From NCBI GenBank assembly GCA_965220745.1, contig CBDCQT010000012.1:32001-96000 (forward strand): a stretch of 64,000 nucleotides of DNA, written 5' to 3'. A model generated the notes under the pieces. The model did no database searches and had not been told where the DNA came from. It worked only from the letters and a program-made list of their open reading frames with translations. Shown here piece by piece: positions 20,217-32,196 of the stretch; position 1 is the stretch's first letter; the number at the start of each line of letters is the position of its first letter. The stretch comes from Alphaproteobacteria bacterium (GTDB lineage Bacteria; Pseudomonadota; Alphaproteobacteria; UBA828). The translations under genes and the position numbers were made by a program.

Positions 20217-20566
20217 ACGCGGGGCTCGACGCTGACGCCCCTGGTGCTCAGCAACTCCGAAAGCTCGCCGGTCTCGTACATCTCGCGCACGATATCGCAG
20301 CCGCCCACGAACTCGCCCTTGACGTAGAGCTGCGGGATCGTCGGCCAGTCGCTGAAGCTCTTGATGCCCTGGCGGACCTCCGGGTCTTCGAGCACGTCGA
20401 AGCCCTTGAAGCGCACACCGAGCAGCGAGAGCATCTGCACCACCGTGGCGGAGAACCCGCACTGCGGAAACACGGGCGTCCCCTTCATGAACAGGACGAC
20501 ATCGTGCTCGTCGATGAGGCCCCGGATTCGGTTCTCGACCGGCGCACTGGTCGTGGCCTCGATCAT
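20213..20566 (-). CDS. grxD: Monothiol glutaredoxin Grx4
   Basis: [26 protein letters not shown]. Confidence 0.96.
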   Translation of the reverse strand: MIEATTSAPVENRIRGLIDEHDVVLFMKGTPVFPQCGFSATVVQMLSLLGVRFKGFDVLEDPEVRQGIKSFSDWPTIPQLYVKGEFVGGCDIVREMYETGELSELLSTRGVSVEPRV

Positions 20567-20593
20567 GCGAAATCCCCTTTCATTCTCAGATAG

Positions 20594-20833
20594 TTACGCG
20601 TCCGTCGGGACGCTGGTCTGGAGCGCGAGCGCGTGCAGCTGATCGCCCATCCGCCCGCGCAGCGCGCGATAGACCATCTGATGCTGCTCCACCCGCGACT
20701 TGCCGGCGAACGAGGCCGAAACCACGCGCGCCGCGTAGTGATCGCCGTCGCCGCGCAGGTCGTCGATATGGATCTGGGCGTCCGGGAGCGCCTCTCGAAT
20801 GAGCTGCTCGATCTCCTGAACGTCCATGGGCAT
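20594..20833 (-). CDS. bolA: BolA/IbaG family protein
   Basis: GDGDHY, RVEQHQMVY, LHALALQT; lies between purL and grxD. Confidence 0.92.
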   Translation of the reverse strand: MPMDVQEIEQLIREALPDAQIHIDDLRGDGDHYAARVVSASFAGKSRVEQHQMVYRALRGRMGDQLHALALQTSVPTDA

Positions 20834-20870
20834 CGGCGGTTCTCTCAGGCGGTGCGGTCTGCGGGTGCGC

Positions 20871-23128
<2,258 letters not shown>

Positions 23129-23132
<4 letters not shown>

Positions 23133-23839
23133 GAGAGCGACTCCACCAGGTGATCGAACATGGCGCGCCCGTCGGCGCCACCCAGCGCAGGCTCCGCAGC
23201 GCGCTCCGGATGCGGCATCAAGCCCAGCACCGTCCGCGCCGGATTGAGGATGCCTGCGATGTCGGCGGCGGAGCCGTTGGGGTTGGCCTCGTTATCGGCC
23301 CTGTCGTCGTCCCCCACGTAGCGGAACGCCACCAGCCCGTCGCCTTCCAGCCGGGCCAGGGTCTCGGCATCGGCGCAGTAGTTGCCCTCGTGATGGGCGA
23401 CCGGCATCCGCACCACCTGCCCGGCCTCGTAGCCGGCGGTGAACGGGCTCGCGGCTTCCTCCACGCGCAGGCTCACCCAGCGGCAGACGAAGCGGAGGCC
23501 TGCGTTGCGCATCAGCGCGCCCGGCAGCAGCCCGGCCTCGGTCGCCACTTGGAAGCCGTTGCAAATCGCCAGCACGAGCACGCCCGCCTTGGCCCGCTTC
23601 ACCACGTCCGCCATCACCGGCGAGCGCGCCGCCATGGCGCCCGCGCGCAGGTAATCGCCGTGGGCAAAGCCGCCGGGCAGCACGATCAGGTCGCAGGCGG
23701 GCAGCGCGGTCTCGTCGTGCCAGACCACCGCGGGCGCCCGGCCTGTACTGGCCTCCAGCGCCACCATGACGTCGCGGTCGCAGTTGGAGCCGGGAAAGAC
23801 GACGACCGCGGCCCTCATCCCGCTCCCATCGCCGGGCAT
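23129..23839 (-). CDS. purQ: FGAM synthase glutaminase subunit PurQ
   Basis: FPGSNCD, GDYLRAG, ICNGFQ, MPHPER; start at 23839 or 23818. Confidence 0.96.
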
Positions 23840-24143
23840 GGCACGTCCTTGCTGCCGCTCAGGAAAGAGAGACGTGGGACGCGGAACTTTAATTTCATCC
23901 GGGCTATGCCGGGATTAAGCGGGATGGCTGAGATTGCGGGGGACATGCGACCGCCGCCCGTGACCGTGGCCGCGGCGCTAGCGCGGTCTGCGGTCATCAA
24001 CGTATTCCGCGCCCCGCGCTCACTCACCCCGCCTCGGACTGACGTGGCGTGATCTCCCCCGCGCAACATGATGCCTTCATCGCGCGGGCGCCGCGCCGCG
24101 TGCACCGGAACAAGGTCCGGGGAGTCTGACGCAGCGCGCCGGC

Positions 24144-24386
24144 TCATTCGGCGAGGTCGATGGTGTAGTCCTCGATCACGGTGTTCGCCAGCAGGCGCGC
24201 ACACATGGCGTCGAGCTGCTCCCTGGCGGCCTGCGGGTCGGTCTCGGCCAGGTCGAGCTCCAGGTACTTGCCCTGGCGCACGTCCTCCACGCCGGCGAAT
24301 CCCATGCGGGCGAGCGTGCTCGCGATCGCCTTGCCTTGGGGGTCGAGAACGCCGGGCTTGAGGGTGATGTGGACTCGGGCTCGCAC
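24144..24386 (-). CDS. purS: FGAM synthase subunit PurS
   Basis: VLDPQGKAI, VRQGK, LLANTVIE. Confidence 0.96.
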   Translation of the reverse strand: MRARVHITLKPGVLDPQGKAIASTLARMGFAGVEDVRQGKYLELDLAETDPQAAREQLDAMCARLLANTVIEDYTIDLAE

Positions 24387-24392
24387 GCGGTC

Positions 24393-25166
24393 TCACGCGC
24401 GCTCGTCGTCGTTGCCGGCGCCGTTCACTGCCTGCACCACCGTCTCCGGCATCAGGCCGAGCCGCCGGGCGACCTCCTGATAGGCTTCGGAGACCCGGCC
24501 GAGATCGCGGCGGAAGCGGTCCTTGTCCAGCTTCTCGTTGGTCTCGATATCCCAGAGCCGGCAGCTGTCGGGCGTGATCTCGTCGGCGAGCACGATGCGC
24601 ATGTCCTCGCCGTGCCAGAGGCGGCCGAACTCCAGCTTGAAGTCCACCAGCCTGATGCCGATGCCGTGGAACAGCCCGCTGAGGAAGTCGTTGATGCGGA
24701 GCGACATGGAGAGGATGTCGTCGAGCTCCTGCGGCGTGGCCCAGCCGAAGGCGGTGATGTGCTCCTCCGAGACCAGCGGGTCGTCGAGCTCGTCGTTCTT
24801 GTAGCAGTACTCGACGATGGAGCGCGGCAGCTGGACGCCCTCCTTGAGGCCGAGCCGCTTGACCAGCGTGCCGGCGGCGTAGTTGCGGATGATCACCTCG
24901 ACCGGGATGATCTCCACCTCGCGAATCAGTTGCTCGCGCATGTTGAGCCGGCGCATGAAATGGGTGGGCACGCCGATCTCGTTGAGGCGCGCCATCAGGT
25001 GCTCGGAGATGCGGTTGTTGAGCACCCCCTTGCCGGTTATCACGCCCTGCTTCTTGTTGTTGAAGGCCGTGGCGTCGTCCTTGAAGTACTGCACCAGGGT
25101 GCCGGGCTCAGGCCCTTCGTAAAGGACCTTCGCCTTTCCTTCGTAGATCCGCCTGCGACGGGACAT
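24393..25166 (-). CDS. purC: SAICAR synthetase
   Basis: [41 protein letters not shown]. Confidence 0.98.
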   Translation of the reverse strand: MSRRRRIYEGKAKVLYEGPEPGTLVQYFKDDATAFNNKKQGVITGKGVLNNRISEHLMARLNEIGVPTHFMRRLNMREQLIREVEIIPVEVIIRNYAAGTLVKRLGLKEGVQLPRSIVEYCYKNDELDDPLVSEEHITAFGWATPQELDDILSMSLRINDFLSGLFHGIGIRLVDFKLEFGRLWHGEDMRIVLADEITPDSCRLWDIETNEKLDKDRFRRDLGRVSEAYQEVARRLGLMPETVVQAVNGAGNDDERA

Positions 25167-25317
25167 GATGGGGATCCTCGATGTGGGGGGCGTCGCGCCG
25201 GGTCGGCGCTGCGCGCGCCCGTTACCTCGCCAACATAGTCGTTACACGGGGTCAGTACAATTGCCTGTCGCCAGTCGTTCCGGGCGGGCCGCGCGGGTCG
25301 GCCGCCGCGATGGCGCT

Positions 25318-26067
25318 CTAAATCTCAATGCTTTCAAATAGATGACGATTCGGTGGCCCCGCCGCGAAAAGCCACACAGGGGCGGTGTCGGGCCGTCCGG
25401 GCGGCGGCAACGCAATCAACGACGCGTTAACCGTCCCGAATCCGCCGACGGGCTCGATGCACATGGCGGCCTCCGGGTCGCCGCCCGAGTCGCGCGCCCC
25501 CCGCGCGAGCAGCGCAGCCCAGCCGTCCCAGGCGCCGCGTTCGGGGTCGGGCGGTGCCGCCGCCTCGAAGGCCGCGAGATGGGTGCGAATTCGTGCCGAT
25601 TTCGCGTCGTTGCGCTCGCGCGCGGTGAACATGGAAAGCCCCTCCGGCAGCGCATGAAACACAGGGGCCTTGCCGCCGTCATGGCGCAGCCAGAACGCCT
25701 CATCGGAATCGGCCACCACGAGGTTGAAAGGGCGATAGGCCGCGCCGTCGATATCGGCGAGCGCCATGGCCGCCGCCGCGGCATCGGCATGATCCAGCGC
25801 ATCCAGCACCAGCTCGCCCCGCGAGCGCTTGCCCGCTGCGGGCCCGAGCGCGCCGGTGCGGTTCAGGATGCCAGCGCAGAGGCCGTCGTCGTTGACGCCG
25901 AGCCAGCTTCCGCCCGCGAGCTCGTCCTGGCCAGCGGTCACCTCTGCCCGGTCGGGCCAGTGCCGGCCCGGCCCGCGCCAGGGGCGGTCGATCATCTCGT
26001 CGCGGTTGGCGGCGATCACGACCGGCCAGTCGTGGCCGGGGCGCCGCAGGATCACGAGTGTGCACAT
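25318..26067 (-). CDS. NRDE/TANGO2 family protein
   Basis: MCT N-terminus, ANRDE, GGSWLG, SRGELV. Confidence 0.92.
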   Translation of the reverse strand: MCTLVILRRPGHDWPVVIAANRDEMIDRPWRGPGRHWPDRAEVTAGQDELAGGSWLGVNDDGLCAGILNRTGALGPAAGKRSRGELVLDALDHADAAAAAMALADIDGAAYRPFNLVVADSDEAFWLRHDGGKAPVFHALPEGLSMFTARERNDAKSARIRTHLAAFEAAAPPDPERGAWDGWAALLARGARDSGGDPEAAMCIEPVGGFGTVNASLIALPPPGRPDTAPVWLFAAGPPNRHLFESIEI

Positions 26068-26166
26068 GCCGCCTTACCCGCCGAAGGGACCGCGCCCGCC
26101 GTGGACCGGCGCGGGCCGCTCTGGCACAATGCGCGCGCGTCCAATCATCGGCTGGGAGCCTGGGGT

Positions 26167-26487
26167 ATGAACACGTTCGATGACCGCAAGAAAGCCGCCG
26201 AGGCGAAGTTCAAGCACGATCAGGAGTTTCAGTTCAAGGTCATCGCCCGGCGCAACAAGCTTCTCGGCCTGTGGGCGGCGGAGAAGATGGGCATCGCGGG
26301 CGACGATGCCGAGGCCTACGCCAAGCAGGTGGTCATGGCCGATTTCGAGGAGCCGGGCGACGACGACGTGGTCCGCAAGGTGGTCGGCGACTTGACGCAG
26401 AAGGGCATCGAGGCCGACGATCACCTGATCCGCACGCAGATGGAGCGCCTGTTGGACGAGGCCAAGGGCCAGGTCAGCACCGAATAG
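26167..26487 (+). CDS. DUF1476 / ATP synthase zeta-subunit family protein
   Basis: MNTFDDRKKAAEAKF, ARRNKLLGLWAAE, EEPGDDDV. Confidence 0.9.
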   Translation: MNTFDDRKKAAEAKFKHDQEFQFKVIARRNKLLGLWAAEKMGIAGDDAEAYAKQVVMADFEEPGDDDVVRKVVGDLTQKGIEADDHLIRTQMERLLDEAKGQVSTE

Positions 26488-26530
26488 CCCGCGCGCGTAC
26501 CTCCTCCATCCTCGACGTTCGGAACCGCCG

Positions 26531-27055
26531 GTGAGCGGAACTGCCTCCGGCTGGGGCGCCCACGCCCACCGGGCGCTGCATGCGGCCGGCGTGCGCCAGG
26601 TCGCCTACGTGCCGGATGGCGGCCTGTCGGCGCTACTCGGCCTGTGCGAGGCCGACGAGACCATGCGCATGGTGCTTCTGGCCCACGAGCAGGAAGGCCC
26701 GGCGCTGATCGCCGGCGCCTGGCTCGGCGGCGAGCGCGCGGCGCTGCTGATGCAGTCGAGCGGGGCCGGCAACTGCGTCGCCGCGCTCTCGCTGATCCGC
26801 ACCTGCCGCTTCCCCTTCCTCAGCATCGTCACCATGCGGGGCGAGTGGGGCGAGACCAACCCTTGGCAGCTCCCCATGGGCCAGGGGACCGCAGCCCATC
26901 TCGAGCAGTGCGGCGTGATCGTCTCGCGCGTCGACGACCCAGACGACGCGTTCGAAACCATCGAGGCGGCCGCCGCCATCGTCTTTGAAAGCCAAGCGGC
27001 GGCCGCGGTCCTCATCGGTCAGCGCGTGATCGGCGCCAAGAGCTTCGACGGATGA
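26531..27055 (+). CDS. Sulfopyruvate/phosphonopyruvate decarboxylase alpha-like (ComD-like)
   Basis: AYVPDGG, LLMQSSGAGN, RGEWGETNPWQLPMG. Confidence 0.8.
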   Translation: MSGTASGWGAHAHRALHAAGVRQVAYVPDGGLSALLGLCEADETMRMVLLAHEQEGPALIAGAWLGGERAALLMQSSGAGNCVAALSLIRTCRFPFLSIVTMRGEWGETNPWQLPMGQGTAAHLEQCGVIVSRVDDPDDAFETIEAAAAIVFESQAAAAVLIGQRVIGAKSFDG

Positions 27056-27657
27056 CGCACCGCGCGCAGCCGGATACGACCCTGGACCGGCGCACGGCGA
27101 CGGCAGTTCTGCTCGAAGGCCGCGACGACGTGCTCGTGGTTCCCGGCCTGGGCTCTGCCACCTGGGACTGTGCCGCGCTCGGCGACAACCCGCTGCACTT
27201 CTCGCTCTGGGGCGCCATGGGCAACGCGTCGATGATCGGGCTCGGTCTCGCGCTAGCGCAGCCTGCGCGCCGCGTGCTGGTGTTGACAGGCGACGGCGAC
27301 ATGCTGATGGGGCTCGCGAGCCTCGCCACCATCGCGACCCAGGCGCCGCCCAATCTCGCCATCGTCGTGCTCGACAACGAGCGTCACGGTGAGACCGGAA
27401 TGCAGCCCACGCATACCGCGCACCGCACCGATCTCGCAGCCACAGCAGCCGCCTGCGGCTTTGCCGAGGCCCGGCAGGTCGCGGACGAAGCCGGCCTCCG
27501 CGCCGCGCTCCCGCTGGTGCACGAGACGCCGGGGCCGACCTTCCTCACGGTGAAGGTGCACGCGAAGCCCCTGCCCCGAGTCCTCCCACCCCGCGACGGC
27601 GCCTACCTCAAGGACCGCTTCCGCGCGGCGTTATTGGGCAAGGACGCCGTCCTTTAG
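27052..27657 (+). CDS. TPP-dependent decarboxylase beta-like (ComE-like)
   Basis: WGAMG, TGDGDMLMG...LDNE TPP motif; ATGA overlap with the alpha subunit. Confidence 0.8.
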   Translation: MTHRAQPDTTLDRRTATAVLLEGRDDVLVVPGLGSATWDCAALGDNPLHFSLWGAMGNASMIGLGLALAQPARRVLVLTGDGDMLMGLASLATIATQAPPNLAIVVLDNERHGETGMQPTHTAHRTDLAATAAACGFAEARQVADEAGLRAALPLVHETPGPTFLTVKVHAKPLPRVLPPRDGAYLKDRFRAALLGKDAVL

Positions 27658-27913
27658 TCCCGGCAGCGCATCGTCGTCCCGGCGCAAGGCCGGCGTACGG
27701 AACCTCCCTCCCTGCGCCGTGTTGACTTGCCGTTCCGAGCGCCCCACCGTTTTCGGCATGCTTCTCTCGAGTCGCGACGCCGCCGGGATGCTTCGAGAGG
27801 TCGCTCCCTGAACGGCGCGCGTTTGCAAGGCTCGCTTGGAGTTGGCAGAGCGCCGCACTCCCCCATTGGGCCGCTGCCGCCGACCCACCCACGCTGCCGA
27901 GGAACCTGATGCC

Positions 27914-29191
27914 ATGAGACGCCAGACCCGATCCCTTCGCCCGGTAACGGCACTTCTGATGGTTGGAAGCCTGGCCGGTGGCCTGTCCGCCTGCGGTGGC
28001 GGAGGTGGTGACGGGTCGTCCCCTCCGCCGATGCCCACAGCCAGCGGTGAGGCGCTCGACGTAGCGATCACCGCGGATCCCCCGTCAACGGCACCGGACC
28101 TGCTGAGCGCGGACGGCTCGGGGACGCCCGCGGACGGCACGATGCTCGAGGAGGCAGCCGACGCGGCCAGAGCCACAATCGACGGCTGGGACGGCAGCGT
28201 GTACGAGCGAATGAACGAGGCGAATGGTACGCCGGCTTCGACAGAAACATTCGTGATCTATAGCAACAAAGACGCGCCGGAGGACACGCCGTTCAGCGAT
28301 GTTTATCCGTTCGATTATGACGCGGACAACGACGCAGCGAATGACTCTTTGATCGTCGACGACTCAAACGTGGGGTTAGTCAGTGGCGTGGCTGAGTTCC
28401 CTTCGGCAGTCAATCAAGTGGACGTGCCGTTCACGGACGACGATACGTTCATGGGCATGTTCGCCGGCGCGCCGGGCAGCTACACCTGCGTCTCGATGTG
28501 CACACTCTCAACCAATATGGATGCAGAATTGAGCGCCGTCGGCGGCGACTGGATCTTCGCACCCAACGACGATGAGTTCCCGGTGCCGGTTGACGACAGC
28601 GACTACATCCATTTCGGCTACTGGATGAATGAGTCGGAAGAGAACGACCAGCCCGTCATGATGGCAGCCGCCATCGCCGGCGGAACCGACCCGTCCCCCA
28701 TCGGCACCGTTCAAAGCCTCGAGGGTCAGGCCAGCTACAGTGGCGCGGCGACGGGCCTCTACGTGATCAGAACTTTTACGTTGGACGGTGAAGTCCAGAG
28801 CCGGACGGGCGGACAGTTCACCGCCGATGCGACGCTGACGGCCTACTTTGGCGGCGACGACGTAGCCGTCAACAAGCACTGCTCGATCGTCGGCACGATC
28901 GAGAATTTCGGGGACCAACGCGGCAGCCCCATCGACTCAAGCTGGAGCGTCGAGCTGGAGGCAGCGCGGTTCGGCAGTCAACAAGGCGGCACGTTCCGTG
29001 GCGCGACCGAGGGCGACCAAGGCCTGATGGGCTCCTGGGACGGCCGGTTCTTCGGACCTGTGGCCGTCGACGGCGACGATACGATGCCGGGGAACCAGTC
29101 TACGTTCCCGAGCGCCGTGGCCGGAACCTTCGACGCCGCGTTTACGAACGGCGCCGTCATCGGCTCCTTCGGCACAGAGAGAGACGACTGA
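27914..29191 (+). CDS. Acidic surface lipoprotein with TbpB-like C-terminal beta-barrel
   Basis: Lipobox LSAC followed by a GGGGG linker; ASYSGAATG, FTADATLTAYF, WDGRFFG, GTFDA...VIGSFG. Confidence 0.72.
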   Translation: MRRQTRSLRPVTALLMVGSLAGGLSACGGGGGDGSSPPPMPTASGEALDVAITADPPSTAPDLLSADGSGTPADGTMLEEAADAARATIDGWDGSVYERMNEANGTPASTETFVIYSNKDAPEDTPFSDVYPFDYDADNDAANDSLIVDDSNVGLVSGVAEFPSAVNQVDVPFTDDDTFMGMFAGAPGSYTCVSMCTLSTNMDAELSAVGGDWIFAPNDDEFPVPVDDSDYIHFGYWMNESEENDQPVMMAAAIAGGTDPSPIGTVQSLEGQASYSGAATGLYVIRTFTLDGEVQSRTGGQFTADATLTAYFGGDDVAVNKHCSIVGTIENFGDQRGSPIDSSWSVELEAARFGSQQGGTFRGATEGDQGLMGSWDGRFFGPVAVDGDDTMPGNQSTFPSAVAGTFDAAFTNGAVIGSFGTERDD

Positions 29192-29312
29192 CGCAGACGC
29201 TGTGGGCGCGCGCCGGCGCCTATCTAGAGGACCGAAATCGGGCAGCGCTATTGGATGGAGACGCGGCCGTCTGAATCCTGCCGCCCCTTCCCCTCTGTCG
29301 CTAGCACAGAAC

Positions 29313-29327
29313 TTGACAAATCATGAT
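29313..29327 (+). promoter_or_regulatory. Probable -35 box and autoregulatory operator of the TA operon
   Basis: TTGACA (29313-29318) followed by the palindrome ATCATGAT (29320-29327). Confidence 0.45.
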
Positions 29328-29367
29328 ATGAGAAGATAGGTCTGCGAGAAGCAATCGGGACCTTGCC

Positions 29368-29595
29368 ATGCCGCAGACGCGCGAAAAATTTGCCACCCAG
29401 GTTGACGGTGCGCTGCTGTCCGACCTGCGAGGGTTGGCGAAACAGGAAGGGCGTCAAATTCAGGCGCTCGTCGAAGAGGCGATCGCAGCGCTGATTGAGC
29501 AGCGGCGACACGGCACCGCCCGCCCACACGTGATGAGCGCCTATCTAAAGAGCCACGCCCGCTACGCACCGCTCTACAAGAAACTCGCGAAGTGA
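29368..29595 (+). CDS. Putative antitoxin (RHH-like) for Doc
   Basis: 75 aa, REKFATQVD strand followed by helices; C-terminus YKKLAK; GTGA overlap with doc. Confidence 0.8.
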   Translation: MPQTREKFATQVDGALLSDLRGLAKQEGRQIQALVEEAIAALIEQRRHGTARPHVMSAYLKSHARYAPLYKKLAK

Positions 29596-29972
29596 CGCGG
29601 GATTATTTGACCCTTGCCGACGTTCTCGCCATCCATGACGACCAGATCGCGACCTATGGCGGCGCGGAGGGTGTGCGGGATCCGGGCCAGTTGGAAGCCG
29701 CACTGTTCCGACCGCAGAGCGGCTATTACGCCGATGTGATCGCGGAAGCGGCGGCCCTTTGGGAGAGCCTCTCGCAGAATCATCCTTTCATCGACGGCAA
29801 CAAACGCACCGCTTTCGCCGCGACGTTCACGTTTCTCGCCATCAACGGTGTGGAGCTTACAGCCAGCGCTGACGAGGCGTGGACATTTCTGTCCCGCCTC
29901 TACGACCGCAGCGAACTCACGTTCGACGCGCTCGATGCATGGCTCCGCGACAACACGAAGCCTGTGAGTTAG
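29592..29972 (+). CDS. doc: Doc (Fic/Doc family) toxin
   Basis: YGGAEGVRD and the Doc motif HPFIDGNKRTA; 126 aa. Confidence 0.92.
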   Translation: MTRDYLTLADVLAIHDDQIATYGGAEGVRDPGQLEAALFRPQSGYYADVIAEAAALWESLSQNHPFIDGNKRTAFAATFTFLAINGVELTASADEAWTFLSRLYDRSELTFDALDAWLRDNTKPVS

Positions 29973-29984
29973 CGCCAGGCAGCG

Positions 29985-30359
29985 CTACTCGTGGACGTCG
30001 AAGCGGAACGACTTCGAGACGATCTTCCACTCGCCGTCGATCTTGACGAGGCTCAGGAAGTCCGTGAAGTAGCGCGGATGAATCGCGCACTCGCAGGTCA
30101 CGACGGCGGTGTTCTCGTCCGACATGTCGATGGAGAGGATCTTGTCGAAGCGCGCCTGCCCCGTCGACGCCGGCGGCACGCGGCCCCTCACGATTTCGAA
30201 CCACTCCTCGCGCGGCCAGTCGACGAACTTGCCGTCCATGTTCGCGAAGAGGCGGCTGGACGGGTGAAAGATCGTGGCGAGCTTCTCCGTGTCGCACTCG
30301 TATAGCCCGTCGAAATAGACCTGCACCACGTCGGTGATCTCTTGGTAGCTGTTGCTCAT
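29985..30359 (-). CDS. NTF2-like (lumazine-binding 2) protein
   Basis: YFDGLYECD...FHP...FTDFLSLVKIDGEWKIVSK; GGAGGGAG SD. Confidence 0.85.
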   Translation of the reverse strand: MSNSYQEITDVVQVYFDGLYECDTEKLATIFHPSSRLFANMDGKFVDWPREEWFEIVRGRVPPASTGQARFDKILSIDMSDENTAVVTCECAIHPRYFTDFLSLVKIDGEWKIVSKSFRFDVHE

Positions 30360-30554
30360 TCGTGCTCCCTCCAGTCCCTTGCGGCCCCTTGGCCCGTTCC
30401 GCCGACCACGGACCCCGTATAGGCTTTTGCGCCTACCCACAAGAGCCGTATCGCCGGCGCCGAGCTTGATCCCCGGACGGGCTGGCGTGCTACCGTCCCA
30501 CTCTGCGACAGCGAGGGCCGACCGGAGGCCGCGCCGGGCGCGGGAGGGAGACCG

Positions 30555-31745
30555 ATGAAGACGGTCGTGCGGAACAAGCAGTGGGCGGAGAAGTATCCCG
30601 ACCTCGGGACCGAGCCGGTGCCCACCGAGCCCTACTACTCGGACGAACACTACGCCCTCGAGCGCGAGCGCATCTTCCGCCGGTGCTGGATCAATGTGGG
30701 CCGCGTGGACGAAATCCCCGAGCCGGGCGATTACTTCGTGCGCGAGATCGCCATCTGCAAAGTCTCCGTGCTGATCATCCGGGGCTCGGACGGTGTCGTG
30801 CGCGGCTTCCACAACGTCTGCTCGCATCGCGGCAACACTCTGGTGCTGGACGGGCGCGGCACCTGCCCCGGCAGCGTCTACTGCCACTTCCATAACTGGA
30901 TTTACAGCGACACGGGCGAGCTCATCCGCGTGCCCGACGAGGAGAACTTCTTCGACCTCGACAAGCGCGACCACGGGCTCACCCCGGTCAACACGGATTT
31001 CTGGGAGGGCTTCGTCTTCGTCCACCTTGAACCGGAACCCGCGGAGACGCTGCGGCAATATCTCGGCGGCGTCGCCGACCAACTCGACGGCTGCCCGTTC
31101 CACGAGATGGGATTGATGCAGACCTACAAGGTGGAGGAGCAAGCCAACTGGAAGGTGGCGCTCGACGCGCAGAACGAGCTCTATCACCTGCCGTTCCAGC
31201 ACCGCCTGATCGTGGGTGATGCCTTCGTTAAGAACGACAAGGGCCTCATTCGCTTCCAGGACGTCAATCTCTACAACTATCACAGCGTCTGGTCGTGCGA
31301 GAACAACCCGACTCGCGCACTGCCACCGCTGGAGAGCATGCTGTTCGACGGCGACGACAGGGCGCCCGTGATCCGCATCCCGCAGATGATCGGCGAGTTC
31401 GACTTCTTCGTGGTGTTCCCGAACTTCGTGCTGCTGCTGTTCGATGTCGGCAATTCGACGAGCTACATCAGCTACAATTTTTGGCCGCTCGCCGTGGACC
31501 GGACGATCTGGGAGATCCGCATGCATTTCAGGGAACCCAGGTCCACGCGTGAGCGGCTGCAGCAGGAGTATTTCAAGTGCATCATTCGCGATGCGCTGCA
31601 AGAGGACGCATTCGCGCACGAGAACATTCATGCGGGTCTCGCCTCGCGCGCGAAGTCGCACGTGATCCTGCAAGACGAGGAGGCGCCGATCCGCTACTTC
31701 CACAAGGTGCTGGAGGATCACTGCGGGTTCTACCGGAACGCGTGA
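30555..31745 (+). CDS. Rieske non-heme iron oxygenase alpha subunit
   Basis: Rieske CSH...CHFH; mononuclear iron NWK...ELYHLPFQH; LQED. Confidence 0.93.
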   Translation: MKTVVRNKQWAEKYPDLGTEPVPTEPYYSDEHYALERERIFRRCWINVGRVDEIPEPGDYFVREIAICKVSVLIIRGSDGVVRGFHNVCSHRGNTLVLDGRGTCPGSVYCHFHNWIYSDTGELIRVPDEENFFDLDKRDHGLTPVNTDFWEGFVFVHLEPEPAETLRQYLGGVADQLDGCPFHEMGLMQTYKVEEQANWKVALDAQNELYHLPFQHRLIVGDAFVKNDKGLIRFQDVNLYNYHSVWSCENNPTRALPPLESMLFDGDDRAPVIRIPQMIGEFDFFVVFPNFVLLLFDVGNSTSYISYNFWPLAVDRTIWEIRMHFREPRSTRERLQQEYFKCIIRDALQEDAFAHENIHAGLASRAKSHVILQDEEAPIRYFHKVLEDHCGFYRNA

Positions 31746-31776
31746 GGGGCGCTGGCGGAAGGAAGGAGCGCGCACG

Positions 31777-32100
31777 ATGGCCGACGCTGCATTGCCGGAC
31801 GGGTTCGAGGACCTCACCCCCTGGCTCGACTGGGCGCTGGAGCCCGAGCGCGCGCGCTCGGCGAAGAAAACCGAGTCCTCGATGGAGGAACTCCGCGCCT
31901 TCTACGACGCGATGATGCCGCGTATGGAGGAGATCATCGCCTACCTGGATGGCGTTCCTGACGACGACAGGCCGGCGCCGGCGCACCGCCTCTACCTGAT
32001 CACCCTCTCACTCGTCGAAGTCGCCAACCTCGTGGAGATCTACAAGCGCCGCGAGGTGATCGAGGCCTGCGACCCCCTGCACTTCAACCCGCAGCACTGA
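31777..32100 (+). CDS. Small acidic hypothetical protein co-oriented with the Rieske oxygenase
   Basis: 107 aa, AAGGAG SD, host-like codon usage. Confidence 0.75.
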   Translation: MADAALPDGFEDLTPWLDWALEPERARSAKKTESSMEELRAFYDAMMPRMEEIIAYLDGVPDDDRPAPAHRLYLITLSLVEVANLVEIYKRREVIEACDPLHFNPQH

Positions 32101-32196
32101 AGGGGAAGGGCTGGAACAACAGGCCACTATCTGTAGACACTATCTATATAAACACGTTGTGACCATACTGCGGAAGAGTGATCATCCGAACTTAAT

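Noticed and set aside
27672-27693. CGTCGTCCCGGCGCAAGGCCGG, a REP-like half element
   Set aside because: Single degenerate copy in the window; insufficient support.
29985-31817. 610-aa minus-strand ORF suggesting a large NTF2 fusion
   Set aside because: Only the last 124 aa are protein-like and have their own SD; the rest is antisense to the Rieske gene.
32125-32150. Tandem CACTATCTGTAGA/CACTATCTATATA resembling NrdR boxes; 12-bp match at 57274
   Set aside because: Mismatch in the core and no nrd gene nearby; the distant match lies in a CDS end and is probably chance.
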